NCBI GenBank assembly: GCA_036172245.1
Contig: JAYWIR010000018.1
Coordinates: 2,294,001-2,358,000, forward strand
DNA: 64,000 bases
Source of the DNA: Raillietiella orientalis
Lineage: Eukaryota
Reading direction: 5' to 3'
Within the stretch, counting starts at the first letter, position 1, and the number at the start of each line of letters is the position of its first letter. Of this stretch, positions 1 to 11,519 are shown one piece after another. A model generated the notes under the pieces. That model did no database searches and was not told where the DNA came from. It was given only the letters and a program-made list of their open reading frames with translations. Position numbers and translations under genes: made by a program.

Positions 1-330
1 AGCACAAGCGGGGTAATCTTCCACCCCTTCTGAGAAGGTATAGATCCCTGAAGAACTTTGAGGGAAAATTCATCCCAGAGAAGAGGAATTTTCTTTGGAA
101 ACCAGAAGGCTTCGTGAAACAGCAAGTGATAGCACCAACTGCCTCTAGAGTCCTTCTTCTACCCTGTCGCAAGCTGCAACTGAATGTGAAGATCAAGTGA
201 GGACGGAACTCGTGCCTCATCGTTGTCCACTTCCAGCGCAAAAAAAGTGGAGTCCACTAAGCTAGTTCCAGTGTCCTCACACCTCTCTCCTGCTCTGTCG
301 TGGGTGGTCTGCTGAAGTTCTAGCAGCTCT
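1..330 (-). mobile_element. Decayed non-LTR retrotransposon RT fragment, running off the window edge
   Basis: The minus strand reads KPSGFQRKF (resembles PGxDGF..EF) then LQGSIPSQKGWKITPLV (resembles GxLPxxW...ITPIxK), in the expected order. The matches are weak. Confidence 0.3.
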
Positions 331-1360
331 CACGGTAAGCAAGTTCATCCTGACACTTGCGAAACCCTCCTCTGGAGCACACCAAAGTGTTGAGTGTCGG
401 GAAAACGGGTGGCATTCTCATTCAAACTGCAGCAGCCGCCTTGTCATTATTTGCATCTCCCCCCCTCTCGTGCGCTTTGCTCCACGGAAGGGAATAGCGG
501 GAGAGAATTGGCTACCGGTCCTCATCGGCAAGCTTCCGGATGAGGATTCAGCGGCCGAAGCCGTCATCGCGAGCCCTAAAAAGCGGGGTGGATCGGCAGG
601 GGAACGTCTTAGGAACGGAGAATTGCAAGAGCAAGTCGTGTTATCGAAGGCTTCAATGTTCTTGATCCCAGTGAAATGCCACGCGGAAAATCATAGCGAG
701 AGGTGGTCCGCATGTGCGCGCTCGTGTTTGTTTCTGTGTTTTGTTTTCAAGGTCATTATTTTCTTATAATTTTTCTCCTGCGGCAATCCGCCATTCTGAA
801 GATGCATCACGTCTCCGGTGGATGCTCGGAATGGCAAAATGTTGGTCTTTTTACCCACAGAATTTCCCGCGAGACCCCTATTTTATGAAAAGTTTCCTGG
901 GCAATCCCATCTTCTCCTTTCACTCATTCGGAAAGCTGACATGAACTCTCCTCGGCAATTCGTCCCCAATCGTTTGGATCTGTCCTCCGAAAATCATTTT
1001 CCTCCCCGTTTTGCGTTTTTTTTCTATTTTTTTGGCCGTTTGCAATCCATCCTACGGCCCGCTGCGAGGTCGTTGCACCACCTCGTGGTTAGAGCCCTCG
1101 TTTTCGCCAACTACTTCGAGGGGAAGGGGGAAGCACGTAGGAACGGACAGCCAACCATGTGATGAACTCCTCCATCAATCCAAGGCCGTACACGTGACCA
1201 CTTCCGCGCGATGTGTGAGTGTGCGTGGTTTGCCTCCGGTAGGGAACCAGCTGGCTTCCTTCAGGAAAGCTCCGACCGTCTGCTTCTGGAAAAGCGAACA
1301 GAAAGACGGTTCTTTAAAAAGCGAGCGACCTTGTGTTCATCCCAATTGCCTTCCTTCTAG

Positions 1361-1483
1361 GTGATCAAGGACTACCAGCTCATTCTCGTGGTCATCATAC
1401 TTCTTGCGATTGATGTTGCAATCATGACAACCTGGCAAATAGTGGACCCATTCTACAGAGAGACCAAGACCCTGGAGCCATAC
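1361..1483 (+). CDS. GABA-B-R2: GABA-B receptor subunit 2, internal exon (end of ICL2, TM4, start of ECL2)
   Basis: Pyrimidine-rich acceptor ttccttctAG at 1351-1360 and donor GTAAGT at 1484; 123 nt, phase 0-0. Translates VIKDYQLILVVIILLAIDVAIMTTWQIVDPFYRETKTLEPY, closely matching the Drosophila GABA-B-R2 segment VIKDYQLF...TTWQIADPFYRETK as I recall it. Upstream exons lie outside the window. Confidence 0.97.
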
Positions 1484-1556
1484 GTAAGTTTTACCGGTAG
1501 AACCCCGAACGAGAGATCCCTTGGGAAAACGCGCGTAGGATGCTGTTCCTGCTCTT

Positions 1557-1601
1557 GAGCCAGGAGACTCGACCTCTCTACGAGGTCGAGCCTCCTGGCT
1601 C
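1557..1601. repeat. Near-perfect inverted repeat: 20 bp stem, 5 nt loop
   Basis: GAGCCAGGAGACTCGACCTC-tctac-GAGGTCGAGCCTCCTGGCTC, 19 of 20 positions complementary. Confidence 0.95.
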
Positions 1602-1899
1602 TTAAGATCTCTCAGCTTTCGTACTTCCGAGCCGTCCTGTGCTATCCTGTGAGAATCCTCTGAGAAGACCGTCGAGAGACAAGGTCTTGAGCTGGCGTGG
1701 GACTCCCATGCAGTCGTCGGGAGAATGACATGCGACCACGGTCCGGCATGTTTCCAGCTTTCTTTCTCGAGGGAGCACGTTCACTGGACCACTGAGGTGA
1801 AGGCGAGCAGACGACCATGCAGCTACCTCCTCAGGGAAGAAGGCGGCATACAAATAGGATCACGAATGAAGTAAAAGCTTCGCTCTTGGTCTCTTTAGC

Positions 1900-3700
1900 C
1901 TCCGCGTCAAGCAGTTTCCAAGTGCTGCATCCAAAACCTGGTCACAGCATCCCGAGTCGGCGAAGATCGAGCTGACCAGAAGCTCCGGAAACTTTGGGAA
2001 GGGGGATGCCCTGAGGTGGGTCCAAGAACCATCGAAGGAGAATCCTTTTTAGCGACGCGGCGCGCCATTGGAAACCCGGATGAGCATCTGCGTGTCTGCA
2101 TCTGCTCTCGAGGGATGTGCTTGCTCCCCCAACAGAAGGGCCGCGGAGACATGCCGCTCCAACAGAGGGATGGAGCACGACCTCCTGAACTTTTGTCTTC
2201 CTCGGAGACCGTCAGTCCATGATCAGCTTTCCGGGAGCAGCCGGCGCTTCTCAGGATTGTGGCTTTCCTGCCCCTGCGGCGTGTGAGAGCGGGGCCGGAG
2301 TCCCGGATGTGATTAAAGCCGCAAGCCAGAACCGCAAGGGAGCAAAGGATTCCTCAGGCGAAACGCAAGCAAGGAAGGCGAGCTCCGTCCCGATAGGCGG
2401 CAGTACCTGCCGGCGATCCGGAAGCACCCACGAAAGTCTTTCTGGAGCGAAGCTGAACATGTTGGGTGTTCCCGTCCTAGGTGTTCCCGAGGGAACAGGA
2501 CTGGAACCCTAAGAGCTCGCGGATCCAGACGGCAGAATACATTTCGATCTTCCGGAGTAGCTATGAATCAACCAATCATGAGAGCACGCGATCCATGGAG
2601 TACGTGGCTCGCGTGCCGCGTTCGCCAGGAGCACCGACTTTGCCCTTGATTGCTGAGTGAGGATGCCGCGAGGATGAGGGGTAAGACGCGGGAATTTCTC
2701 GGAGCCATCAAGCAGAATCCGACTTGGTGAACACTTCACCAGACCCGGTAGCTGCTTCCGGGTGCAGCTGGCTCGACGCGGAAAAAGACGCACGGCAGCC
2801 AATTCCTTTAGACGACGATGACCGAGAAAGGGATCGATAGCCCTCGTTCGAAGGTCTGGCGGCGTATCGAGCAAGGAGACACCCAGGAGGCAGCGTTCGC
2901 AGGAACCGGCGTTCCTTCCGAGGAGGTCCAGTTGATTGCCACCGTGCAAGAGCGCCGTAGTCGACTTGGCCGAAATCGAAAGAAACGGCTGCAAATCTCC
3001 ATGGAGCGCGCCACGGTCTTGTGGAAACTGTGACTGAGAAACCAGAAAGGGCATCAGGGTCCTCCTCCAGCAGAGAAGTCGGATGTACGCCTCGAATCTC
3101 TCCTCTCCTTCTCTCGCTCGGCCCAGCAGCATCTTGGTGTGACGGCAGCGGCAGCTCCCTCTCTGTCTTTTAGCGGCGGTGTCGATTTCCAATGCGGGAA
3201 GTCATCGCATCTTCCGAGCGCGAGCGACTGAGTGGGGAAGACACCTTGGTGGAAGAAATCCCGACACAGATGTCGGGTATCCGGGGCAACCGAGGCCCCA
3301 AAGAGTGTCGTAGTCTCGCTAAAGGTTTCCATACAAAGGATTGTCTTTCGGTGTCCCGGCTCGCACGGGACGTAGAAGGCAACGGAATGTCTGCAGGAGA
3401 GGATGCACTCGAAAGCGGCCAACCCTTCTTAGAGCTCTCAGTCTGTCGAAGAACGCCCTCCTTGAGGAAGGGGTCTACCCAAAATGCATGTGCAAGTCTC
3501 CTCTAACGAGGCGGCTGGGACGACGATGTCGTCGTCGTCGCAGTTGTAGTGGCAGTTCGCGCCTCCTCCCCCCTCACCTAGGGCTGGGGCCGGGGAGACC
3601 TTCGCCATGCCGCTTCGGATCACGTGGTCGGCCGCCTCAGGGGCAGCCGCTGGCCACAAGCAGGGACAGTAGCTCTGTGGTTGTCTTCTGCAGTGTGGCA
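1900..3700 (-). mobile_element. Decayed LINE ORF1-like region
   Basis: ORF 2509-3192 contains ALHGDLQPFLSISAKSTTALLHGGNQLDLL, which aligns with LRALGDIHSSGEGSTALVLGGGNEVLDRL near 50040-50120. The downstream HPGF...ASLKRIL block is shared with copies near 8.1 kb and 50.36 kb. Confidence 0.55.
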
Positions 3701-5022
3701 AAGTGCGCGCGGGCGGCGTGGCAGAGAGCCGTCCGCAGTCTTCCAACAGGAAGAGGGAAAAACAGGAAGAGGAAGGCCTCGTTCCTTGCGATGTATCCAC
3801 GAAATTGGATTGGTTCGTTGAGAGAAGGAGGGAAACTCGGAGAAGGAGGGCTGTGGTGGGAGGAGGGGAAGGGCAAGCACCCGAAAACTTCTCGTGAGGC
3901 TATCGGAAGGGATCTGAGGGGAAAGGGAATTGAAAGAGCCATTAAAAGGAAAGTGGAAGCTTCTGGAACGTCACGCACACCCTTTTCTTCCCCACCTTTC
4001 TTTTTCTTCTCTCCTTTTTGCAAGCTCCGGATCTCTGCTGGGGGCACTGAAGTCAGTCTTCGATGTGCTGCTCGCATGAGAGCACCGGGAACGTTTCCCA
4101 GGAGAAACGGCTGCTGGGAGAAACGGACTCGTCAATCAGGAGGGGTAGGGGAGGTCGGGGCGAAGGAAGAAGCAGAGAGCAAGGAAGAGTCCCGGTCCCC
4201 ATCCCTTTTCCGCCCTCAAATGGCCTCACATTTTAGCTCCCGTTTCCTCTCAGTGAGGAGATCCCTAATTGCCTGCCATCCCAGCGGGAATCCAGGAAGT
4301 GCGGTGGAAAGCAAAAAAAAAAAAAACGGTCCTCCAAAATGGAGGGGACCATCGGAAGGTCCCGCTTTCCGGGAACGACCGTCTGTCTTCGGGCCGCGGC
4401 GCATGCTCAAAGACGGGGAGGATGGCATAAAGAGTAGCTTCGTGAAAATTCCCGGAGGGCGTTCCAGCTCCAGAAGAGGGATGCTGCGAGTTCAGTAGGA
4501 TGGAACGATCTCACAAAGCTCCCTTCATGAGATGCAGGGCCTCTCCCACTTCTCCCCAAGCGTGCTCGGGGTGTCTCACATAGAAACAAACACGAGGGAA
4601 CTCGCGCGACTCTCGAGGCTCGTACGCAACCTTCCAAAGAGAGAGGGAGGGAGGGAGGCGGCGTCTTCCTATAGGAACGGTGGTCGCGACCTCTTCCCGT
4701 CTCCTCTTTGGACGTTCCTCAGCTCTCTCCCCTCCCGCCCCCACCGAGACCCTCTCGTACCTCATCCTACTCCGCTGACTCGGAAGCCACTCACGCCACG
4801 CCGGGGCACCCTCATTTCCAAACAGGAAGGGGGAGGCACGCGGGAGGTCCGCTTTTGCTGCTTTTCCCCAGATTGGGGTTGCCACTCCCTGTCACCTTCC
4901 CGGAAGCGCCCTGTCGTTCCCCTGTCTCGGTGCTCGGGTTGGCGCTCCCTTTCCGTTTTTATGTGGTGAGAGAGTTCGACTCCTTCCCCCCTGACTCCTC
5001 CCTTTCCTCCCACGTTTCTTCT

Positions 5023-5615
5023 GCGTCGGAGGCCGCGTGGCTGTGGTCGCCGCGCCTGGCACTGAGCGTCGCTTCTTCGAATCCCACCGGGGGAAGGAGT
5101 GACGCCAGAGAAATGGGTGCGTCGACCCTGCGGGGTCCTTCTAGGAAACTGAATCAAGGGGTCGATTCCCTTCAGGATTCACCTCCGCTTGTGCAAAGGA
5201 GTCGTTCCATCGTTCCTCTCCCCTCCCGGAAGGACACCTTCCACCTCGTACCATGGAACTGGTGAATTGATGCTGCCTCTCCAGAGTGCAAGAATTGCGC
5301 TGCTCTCTTCGGGAAGCGCCCTTCAGGGAAGTTTGGGAGCATCCCTTCGGGGTTCTCTTCAGAGGAGTAACAAGAAGCGGTTCCCTTGAAGGTTCCCTCC
5401 GGAGAAGAAATGAGGAGCGGTCCCTTCCGGAGGTCCTTCCGGAGAGAATTAAAGAGGGGCTTCCCTCCAAATACAACCAGGGTGGATGTTTCCCTTCGGG
5501 GATCCCTCCCCACACTTGAGAGGAACGGACTCCCTTCTTCGGAGCTCTTCCTGAATTCATAGGGATGTGGCCCCCTCCTGAGGTACTCTTTTTCTTGAAG
5601 AGTTACCTGTACCCC
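5023..5615 (+). mobile_element. tRNA-headed SINE-like element, copy 1 (3'-truncated)
   Basis: A-box-like AGGCCGCGTGG at 5030-5040 and B-box-like tcTTCGAATCC at 5074-5084. The body aligns by eye with the reverse complement of 21.8-22.5 kb and 38.6-39.3 kb (shared blocks such as GAAGAGAACCCyGAAGGGAyGCT). Confidence 0.75.
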
Positions 5616-6223
5616 AAATTCGCCAGAGTCCGCGCTCTGCATGCGCTGCCTCGAGTTGATCCGCTGCAGATGTGCCTAGTCAGCACCGGGGAGCGAAGGC
5701 GCGAACGATGCTTCCCGCTCCTTCCCCCCATCAGCCGGTCCGGATGGCTCTTTTCCTGGCTAGATGGAGCACCCTGGTTCCTGCAGACCGCGAGGCGGCG
5801 CCCTCCCGTGCCGACCCGGAACTTCTCAGGGAAGGCCTTTGGATGGATCCTACTTCTGTCGAGAACCACCCAGGCAGTCCGCCTGACCTGCGCCCGCTCC
5901 AGGACATCTCAACGAAGGGTCGAAAAGATTGCAACCGAAGGGCGAGTCTGCCTTCCGGCTGACCTATGTGCCGGCTTTCTCTCGCAGCCGGAGACTGGGA
6001 GGATATGCGTGCGCCTCTCATCCCCACCAGACCGAGGAGTGTTTGCCTCTTCCCCCCCTCCCCGGGGACCGCCAGTCGCTCCCATCAGGAGTGTCCTCCC
6101 CGTCCTGGAGGATCCTCCGTGGCCGGAGAAAAACAGGGGAGTCCCTCTTGCTTCCCCCTTCCTGCATTCCTGAGAAACCGCCCCTTTTGCAGAAGAGATG
6201 ACCCATCCTCTCCATCTTTTCAG

Positions 6224-6334
6224 AACGACCCCGTCAACGAAAACGTCCAGGTCATCCCCGAGGCGGAGTACTGCAAGAGCCGTCATATGCCCATCTTCGT
6301 CGCCTCCATCTACGGGTACAAAGGACTGCTGATG
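6224..6334 (+). CDS. GABA-B-R2: GABA-B receptor subunit 2, internal exon (ECL2 with conserved Cys, start of TM5)
   Basis: Acceptor tccatcttttcAG ending at 6223 and donor GTGAGT at 6335; 111 nt, phase 0-0. Translates NDPVNENVQVIPEAEYCKSRHMPIFVASIYGYKGLLM, with the EYCxS and YxYKGLL motifs of GABA-B receptors. Confidence 0.97.
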
Positions 6335-7049
6335 GTGAGTCCTTTCTGACCTGCGTCCGACCTCTTCCTTCGGCGCACAGGGTTGTCCGCTCTCCGGGAG
6401 GGCAAGCGAGCTCCGAGCGTAACTCCCCGAAATAGACGACCCTTGGGGGTGTCCAGTCATCAGGAGGCCTCTCTGAGGGCGGACGCGTCGCTTCGGAGAG
6501 CTGCCGACGGGCGGTCCCACGGGTCCATTCACGCAGAGGACGCCATCTTGGAAATGGCATCTCCTTTCACCCACTGCTCTCCTGCAGCGTCAAGGGCCAG
6601 TCTCCAGCCCATGGCAGGAGTGAGCCGGAACGCAACTCCAACGCCAGCAGCGTCTGCCAGCCTCTCGTGAAAGATCGACTCCCTCAGAAACATACTTGCG
6701 GGAGCGGCGACCCGGCAGGCGGCGACCCTGTGGCTGTCTGAAAGTGCCCCTGATCAACGTTTCCACTGAAATTAGTAGAGTGACCCTCGTTCCTCAGTTC
6801 TCCCTCGCGGCGGAGGACGCCGGAGGAAGCACAGAGAGAGGGCGGCAGAAGTGGTGGATGGGAGGCGGCCAAGAGCGAAGCACTGCCGAGAGCCAAAGAC
6901 GCAAGCAGTCATCCAGGACGAAAGAATCTCAGACCCTGGGTCGACTACACTCTTCGACGAACGTTCTAAGTCGCATCTCTTCTGAACTGTTAGTTCTCTT
7001 TCCGGATGGGCTGAGTTGCATCGGGAATCCGTTCACGCGATCATCCGGA

Positions 7050-8800
7050 CGGGGGAGCGATGAGGGGAAACAGAGAACGAAGGAGAAGTGCCCGAGCACG
7101 CGCCCCAGGAGGCGGCGTAACGAAAGGGAGGAGGGGCGCTGGACCGGTCCCCGCGACGTTCTTGCAGGAGTTTTGGGATGACCGACGAATCCCCAGGCGC
7201 ATCGCGCAAGATGGCGGAGCTCCCGCCCCGCGGATGAAAAATCGCAGGAAGTTTTTCTGCCGGTGTCGGGACGTGCCAGCATCCTCCTCGATGAATCCCA
7301 TCCTCAAAGTGCGCCGAAGAAGCCACTGAAACGAGGCTATCGTCTTCGTCCGAGGTCGGGTAAAAGTCGGGAGTCCGCTCCCCGCAAAGAAGTCCTGGTT
7401 CCAGAAGGGGAGGAGGGTCGCCTGAGAAGCTGCTGCATCGAGGGAACGAGGATGAGCTGTGCATCTTGTGATCGTCTCCAAAAAGTCTTCGGGATGGAGA
7501 ACTCGGAGCACCACGCGGATACGCGGTCGAAGTGGTAGACATTTTTCAAATCGAGGAAGACGCTCGCGTTCAGGGCGAGCTGCAGAGTCTGACTGCACAT
7601 CCCAGCGAGGCGCTGCATCCTGAAGGGATTCGGGAGCGGCCCCTTCCTTGGACGCCGTCAGAGAAAGGGATCGGAGTGGCGGTCGCGTGAAGCCGGTGGA
7701 ATAGGGAAGAGGCACAAGGAAGGGAGATCAACGGAAAATCCATTCCTCGGAATATGATGGAAGGATGGATTTGATCCGAGGAGAGGCAATTTCAGGTGGA
7801 CAGCTGCCCCTGCCCCCCTTTCCTCCTCTTGCCGACCCTCCTCCCCCGCTTCGTCCCAGAATTTCGATGCACACAAAGTAGGAAAGAAATCAAAGAGGGA
7901 TCTTCCACAGCTCCTCTGTCTGTTCTGCTCTGCTCCTCATTGAAGGAGAGCAGAAATACCAGGGGGGGAGCAGGAGGGGTGCTCCACAGTCCGGTAAGAG
8001 TCCTGGTTAACTTCTGCGCCGGGGCTCTCACCAGATCCTCTCGGTTGGATTTCGGCAGTGTGCGGGGTAGAAGGCCGTACAGTGTGCGCCTTAGCGATGC
8101 AGATCCGAGCCTGGTTGCTAAGATCCTTGTGCTAGCCAGTGCTACCGGTAGGTGTCTCTACTGTGTTGGGTGCCGAACGACGCCATCGGCATCCTAAGAC
8201 GGTTCGTTTTATCCTTTAGAATTCCTACTTTTTTTAAACACCGCTGCTACTTACACTCCTACGATCTCAGTGACCTAACGATCTTCACGACGCATGGACT
8301 CCCTCCTGAGGGTGGGCATGCAAGTGCACGGTTACGATGTTTCCACTCTTTTCGTTCTTAGCGGCTGTGGCGTTCCGGGAGCTCTGCGCTGAGCTTTCCG
8401 GTGGGCATTGGCTCCCCGTGTAGGACGATGATGACAAGGGTCCCCTTTCTCAGCGCGAGCTTGGCTCGCAAAGTCGGCAGCTCCCTCCGGTTGTGGCTCA
8501 GGATCTATCACGTTTCCCTGCATCGCATTGCCGATGCATTCAATCCAGGCGTCGTGCCCCCTGTTGTGCGGGTTAAAGTGCCGCCGCTCAAGATGACTTG
8601 GGACATGCGGCAGCTTGTCATCCCATTCCGGGCGCCGACGGCCAAGATCGATTTCCTATCTGTTTGCTAGAAGGCGCTGGGATAGGTGGGATAACGCAGA
8701 GCAGTGGGACGCGTAGAAACTTGTAATCGGTGGAGCGTGGGGGATTCCCGTTAACAAAATGGCGCCATGAGACCCGGCCAGCATGTGGCCAGCGTGCTTC
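7050..8800 (-). mobile_element. Decayed L1/Tx1-like LINE 5' part (ORF1-like plus AP endonuclease)
   Basis: Around 8430-8490 the minus strand reads ELPTLRAKLALRKGTLVIIV, similar to EVLDRLRQKAAVESALPVIIL at 50.1 kb. Further downstream are LDLKNV (GDFNxV-like, ~7550), LPTFT (~7370) and an SDH-like remnant (~7265), in AP endonuclease order. Confidence 0.5.
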
Positions 8801-9629
8801 CCGCTTCATCTTCTTCTGAGCCACTGCTTAATGCGGTGTGCCAGTTGCCGAAGTAGCAAGGTGGAAGGGAGGTGGTTTCCATGCACAGACTTTAAAGATG
8901 AGTGGACCCTGTGAGCGGATTTTAGATAAAAAGCTAAGCCGGAATTCGGCGAAAGTGTGGAGAAAAGTGGCCAGGCATGTTTGTTGATTGGTGATGCACG
9001 AGGTTTGGCAGATGATTTCACATCGGTAATTTTTTTTCCGTGTCTCTTTTTTCTGGTCATCCAGGAGAATGGATGCAAGCGGAATGCCTCAGAGGAGGCG
9101 GAAAGAGCTTGCAGTGCTTGTCACTTATCAGAAAAGACTTCCACCGTGTCCGCAGCGATTCCACAGATGGAGATCTGTAGCCGTTTGAATTTGACAGTAG
9201 CGAAGTATGGGTTTGAGTGCATCCAAGGGCGGGAAGAACCTATTCCTTGCAATGAGCATTCTCGGCCAGATTGAATTCACGTCCGTAGCACTTCATTCCG
9301 CTTTTTTGAAGGATACAACAAGGGATATCCGCTTCGCCTTGGGTTCTCTTGGATCCTTGGTGTGATTTCTTTGTAACCAGCAGCAAGGGACTCCCCACTC
9401 TCTCGCACGTGGACTGGGAGGCTCAGACTTTTGCCTATCATGGAGATATCCCCACCTAAATGCAAATGGATAACTGCTTTCTCTCCGATTTTGTGGCTTG
9501 GGTCTCTTGAGTTCCAGCCCAATTTAGGGGGATGACCCTTCACAACCCAAGGAGCCGGTGTATTGACCAGCACTTGGCATTTCGAAGAAAAAGCCGTGTT
9601 CCTTTTTTTTTTCTTCCGGAAACAATTTC

Positions 9630-10950
9630 ATCTGCGCGTCCTGCACAGCTTGTCTGCACGTTTAACGACTTCGCTTACGTTCTTTGAATTTTTCAGACGA
9701 ACGGTCCCCTCGGAATAATCTCGCACGTGGATTCTTTTCTTCAAGTGCATTCTTATTAAAAGGGAGAGGGAAGTGTCAACAGAATCTTCCAACGCGTACA
9801 CCCTCCTTCTCATTAGTCGGAGCCCGGAGAGAAATGAGTCCGGACCAACAACCAGTCCTGTAAGAGAAGTGCTGCGATGTCTGGAATCCAGCTATTCACC
9901 AAACTGCTGATAAAGTTTCGTTTAGCTCTGGAAGAGTCCGGGAACACAAAGGGTGCCTTCTACGAAGCGATTTCGTGTTTCTGGGTATTGGATTGCTTCT
10001 AGATCCCGGCAAATTGATGCAAGGGTCGCATTCCAGGATGGAACAAACCCCGCGAACAAGTTTCCCACTTGTTCACCGAGCTGCAAGGCGCCGTCGTCAG
10101 GGTGTTTTCACGACTCCTCTCTTAAACTTTCACTCATACTGATTCTCATCCATCGTCAAGCTCCATAATTGAGCCTGCTGAAGGGTTGAGCTAAAGTTTC
10201 CATCAAGTTGCGGATTTCCCTTTACCACTTACCTTTGCTCGTTCGATTCTCTTTCGTAGCAGTGCTAATTCTTCTCCCTTATTTCTTTATCTGCATCAGA
10301 AGATTCATTTGTGAGAATCGTCTTTCTTTTCTGAGTGAGCGCACCAGAACGATCCATCTTGCTCTCTGTATGAGTTCATCCGCTGATGGTTCGGAAATGG
10401 AACAAGCGAAGTCTGGAACATTCCATCCCTCGTCACGGATTTTCCTTCACCAAACTTTTCTCGTGGTGAATTGCCATCTTTCAAACACTCTTTTTTGCAA
10501 GGGAGCTTAGCTGCTTTGAGGAGACACTGATGGCTAACTCCAGAAGACAAGAAGATTCTGATTACAGTTTTATCCGTGTTCCTCAACGTGTTCAAGAGCT
10601 TTCGCGGTAGGAGTCGCTGGCGAGTGCTCGTGTTTCTCGATAACGGGAATGCCGGTGTCTGTGGGCAGCAAACACAAACGTGAAGAATGGCAGACGCGAA
10701 TTTTCTTCAGCCAAGAGAAGCTGACCGATGCTGTAGAGTGAGCGGCGAGCGAAATGCCTTCAGTCAGCAAACCTCCTGCTCACTTGTGTGTTCAAGAAGA
10801 AAGTGTATGTGGTGTAAGACGGAATCTCAAAGGATGATGAATCGAGATGTCCGACCTCTTGAAGCAAGTGTCGATTCGTGAATCTGTGTCGAAAATAATT
10901 GTTTGTGACATAAAGTCTAGGAATCTCCTTTCCATGATTCCAGAATCCGA
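9630..10950 (-). mobile_element. Highly decayed CR1/Jockey-type RT and C-terminal remnant
   Basis: Ordered degenerate motifs on the minus strand: IPVIEK, DSYRxxS (YRPISL-like, ~10605), GNPQ (GVPQG-like, ~10215), HPDD (YADD-like, ~10100), SEVVKRADKL (LExVQRRAxK-like, ~9660). Confidence 0.45.
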
Positions 10951-11231
10951 TTTCTTCGAGCACATGAATGACGAAGGCGATGTTTTTTTCTGATGATTAC
11001 AGGAGTTTTCAGGCCCTAGAAGCACAATGTGTGCAGTACACTCATGTCTGTTGCTAATGCTGAGAAAGAGAAGGAAGGAGAGATCTTAATTTTGTTTCAG
11101 CTCACAGCCTAGCCTTTCTAGATATTCTAGTATCAAATAGAATCGCCAGTTCTTCTTTCATTCTTTCTATGTTTTTTTTTTTTTTTTTCCTTACTACCTC
11201 GGCACCGTTAGATCATTTTCTTTTGTTTCAG

Positions 11232-11456
11232 ATTTTTGGTTGCTTTTTGGCTTGGGAGACACGTCATGTCAACATACCTGCCTTGAACGATTCAAAGTAC
11301 ATCGGCCTCAGTGTCTACAATGTCGTCATCATGTGTGTAATTGGAGCTGCTGTACCCTTCCTTCTGTCTGATCAACCAGATGCCTCATTTACTATCATTT
11401 CCTTGTTCATCATCTTCTGTACCACTGGAACTTTGTGCTTGGTCTTTGTTCCAAAG
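11232..11456 (+). CDS. GABA-B-R2: GABA-B receptor subunit 2, internal exon (TM5 end, ICL3, TM6, TM7)
   Basis: Acceptor ttttgtttcAG ending at 11231 and donor GTAATG at 11457; 225 nt, phase 0-0. Translates [31 protein letters not shown]...TLCLVFVPK. [17 protein letters not shown] is characteristic of the R2 subunit. Confidence 0.98.
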
Positions 11457-11519
11457 GTAATGAAAGTCTGCATTGACGTCTGTTATCTGTAACCGTTCCT
11501 CTTGATGAAAACTGAAAAA

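Noticed and set aside
3341..4498. 385 aa ORF, the longest in the track
   Set aside because: Arg/Gly/Ser-rich with no domain and a non-ATG start; it runs through purine tracts and a polyA run, typical of a chance ORF in GC-rich DNA antisense to a TE.
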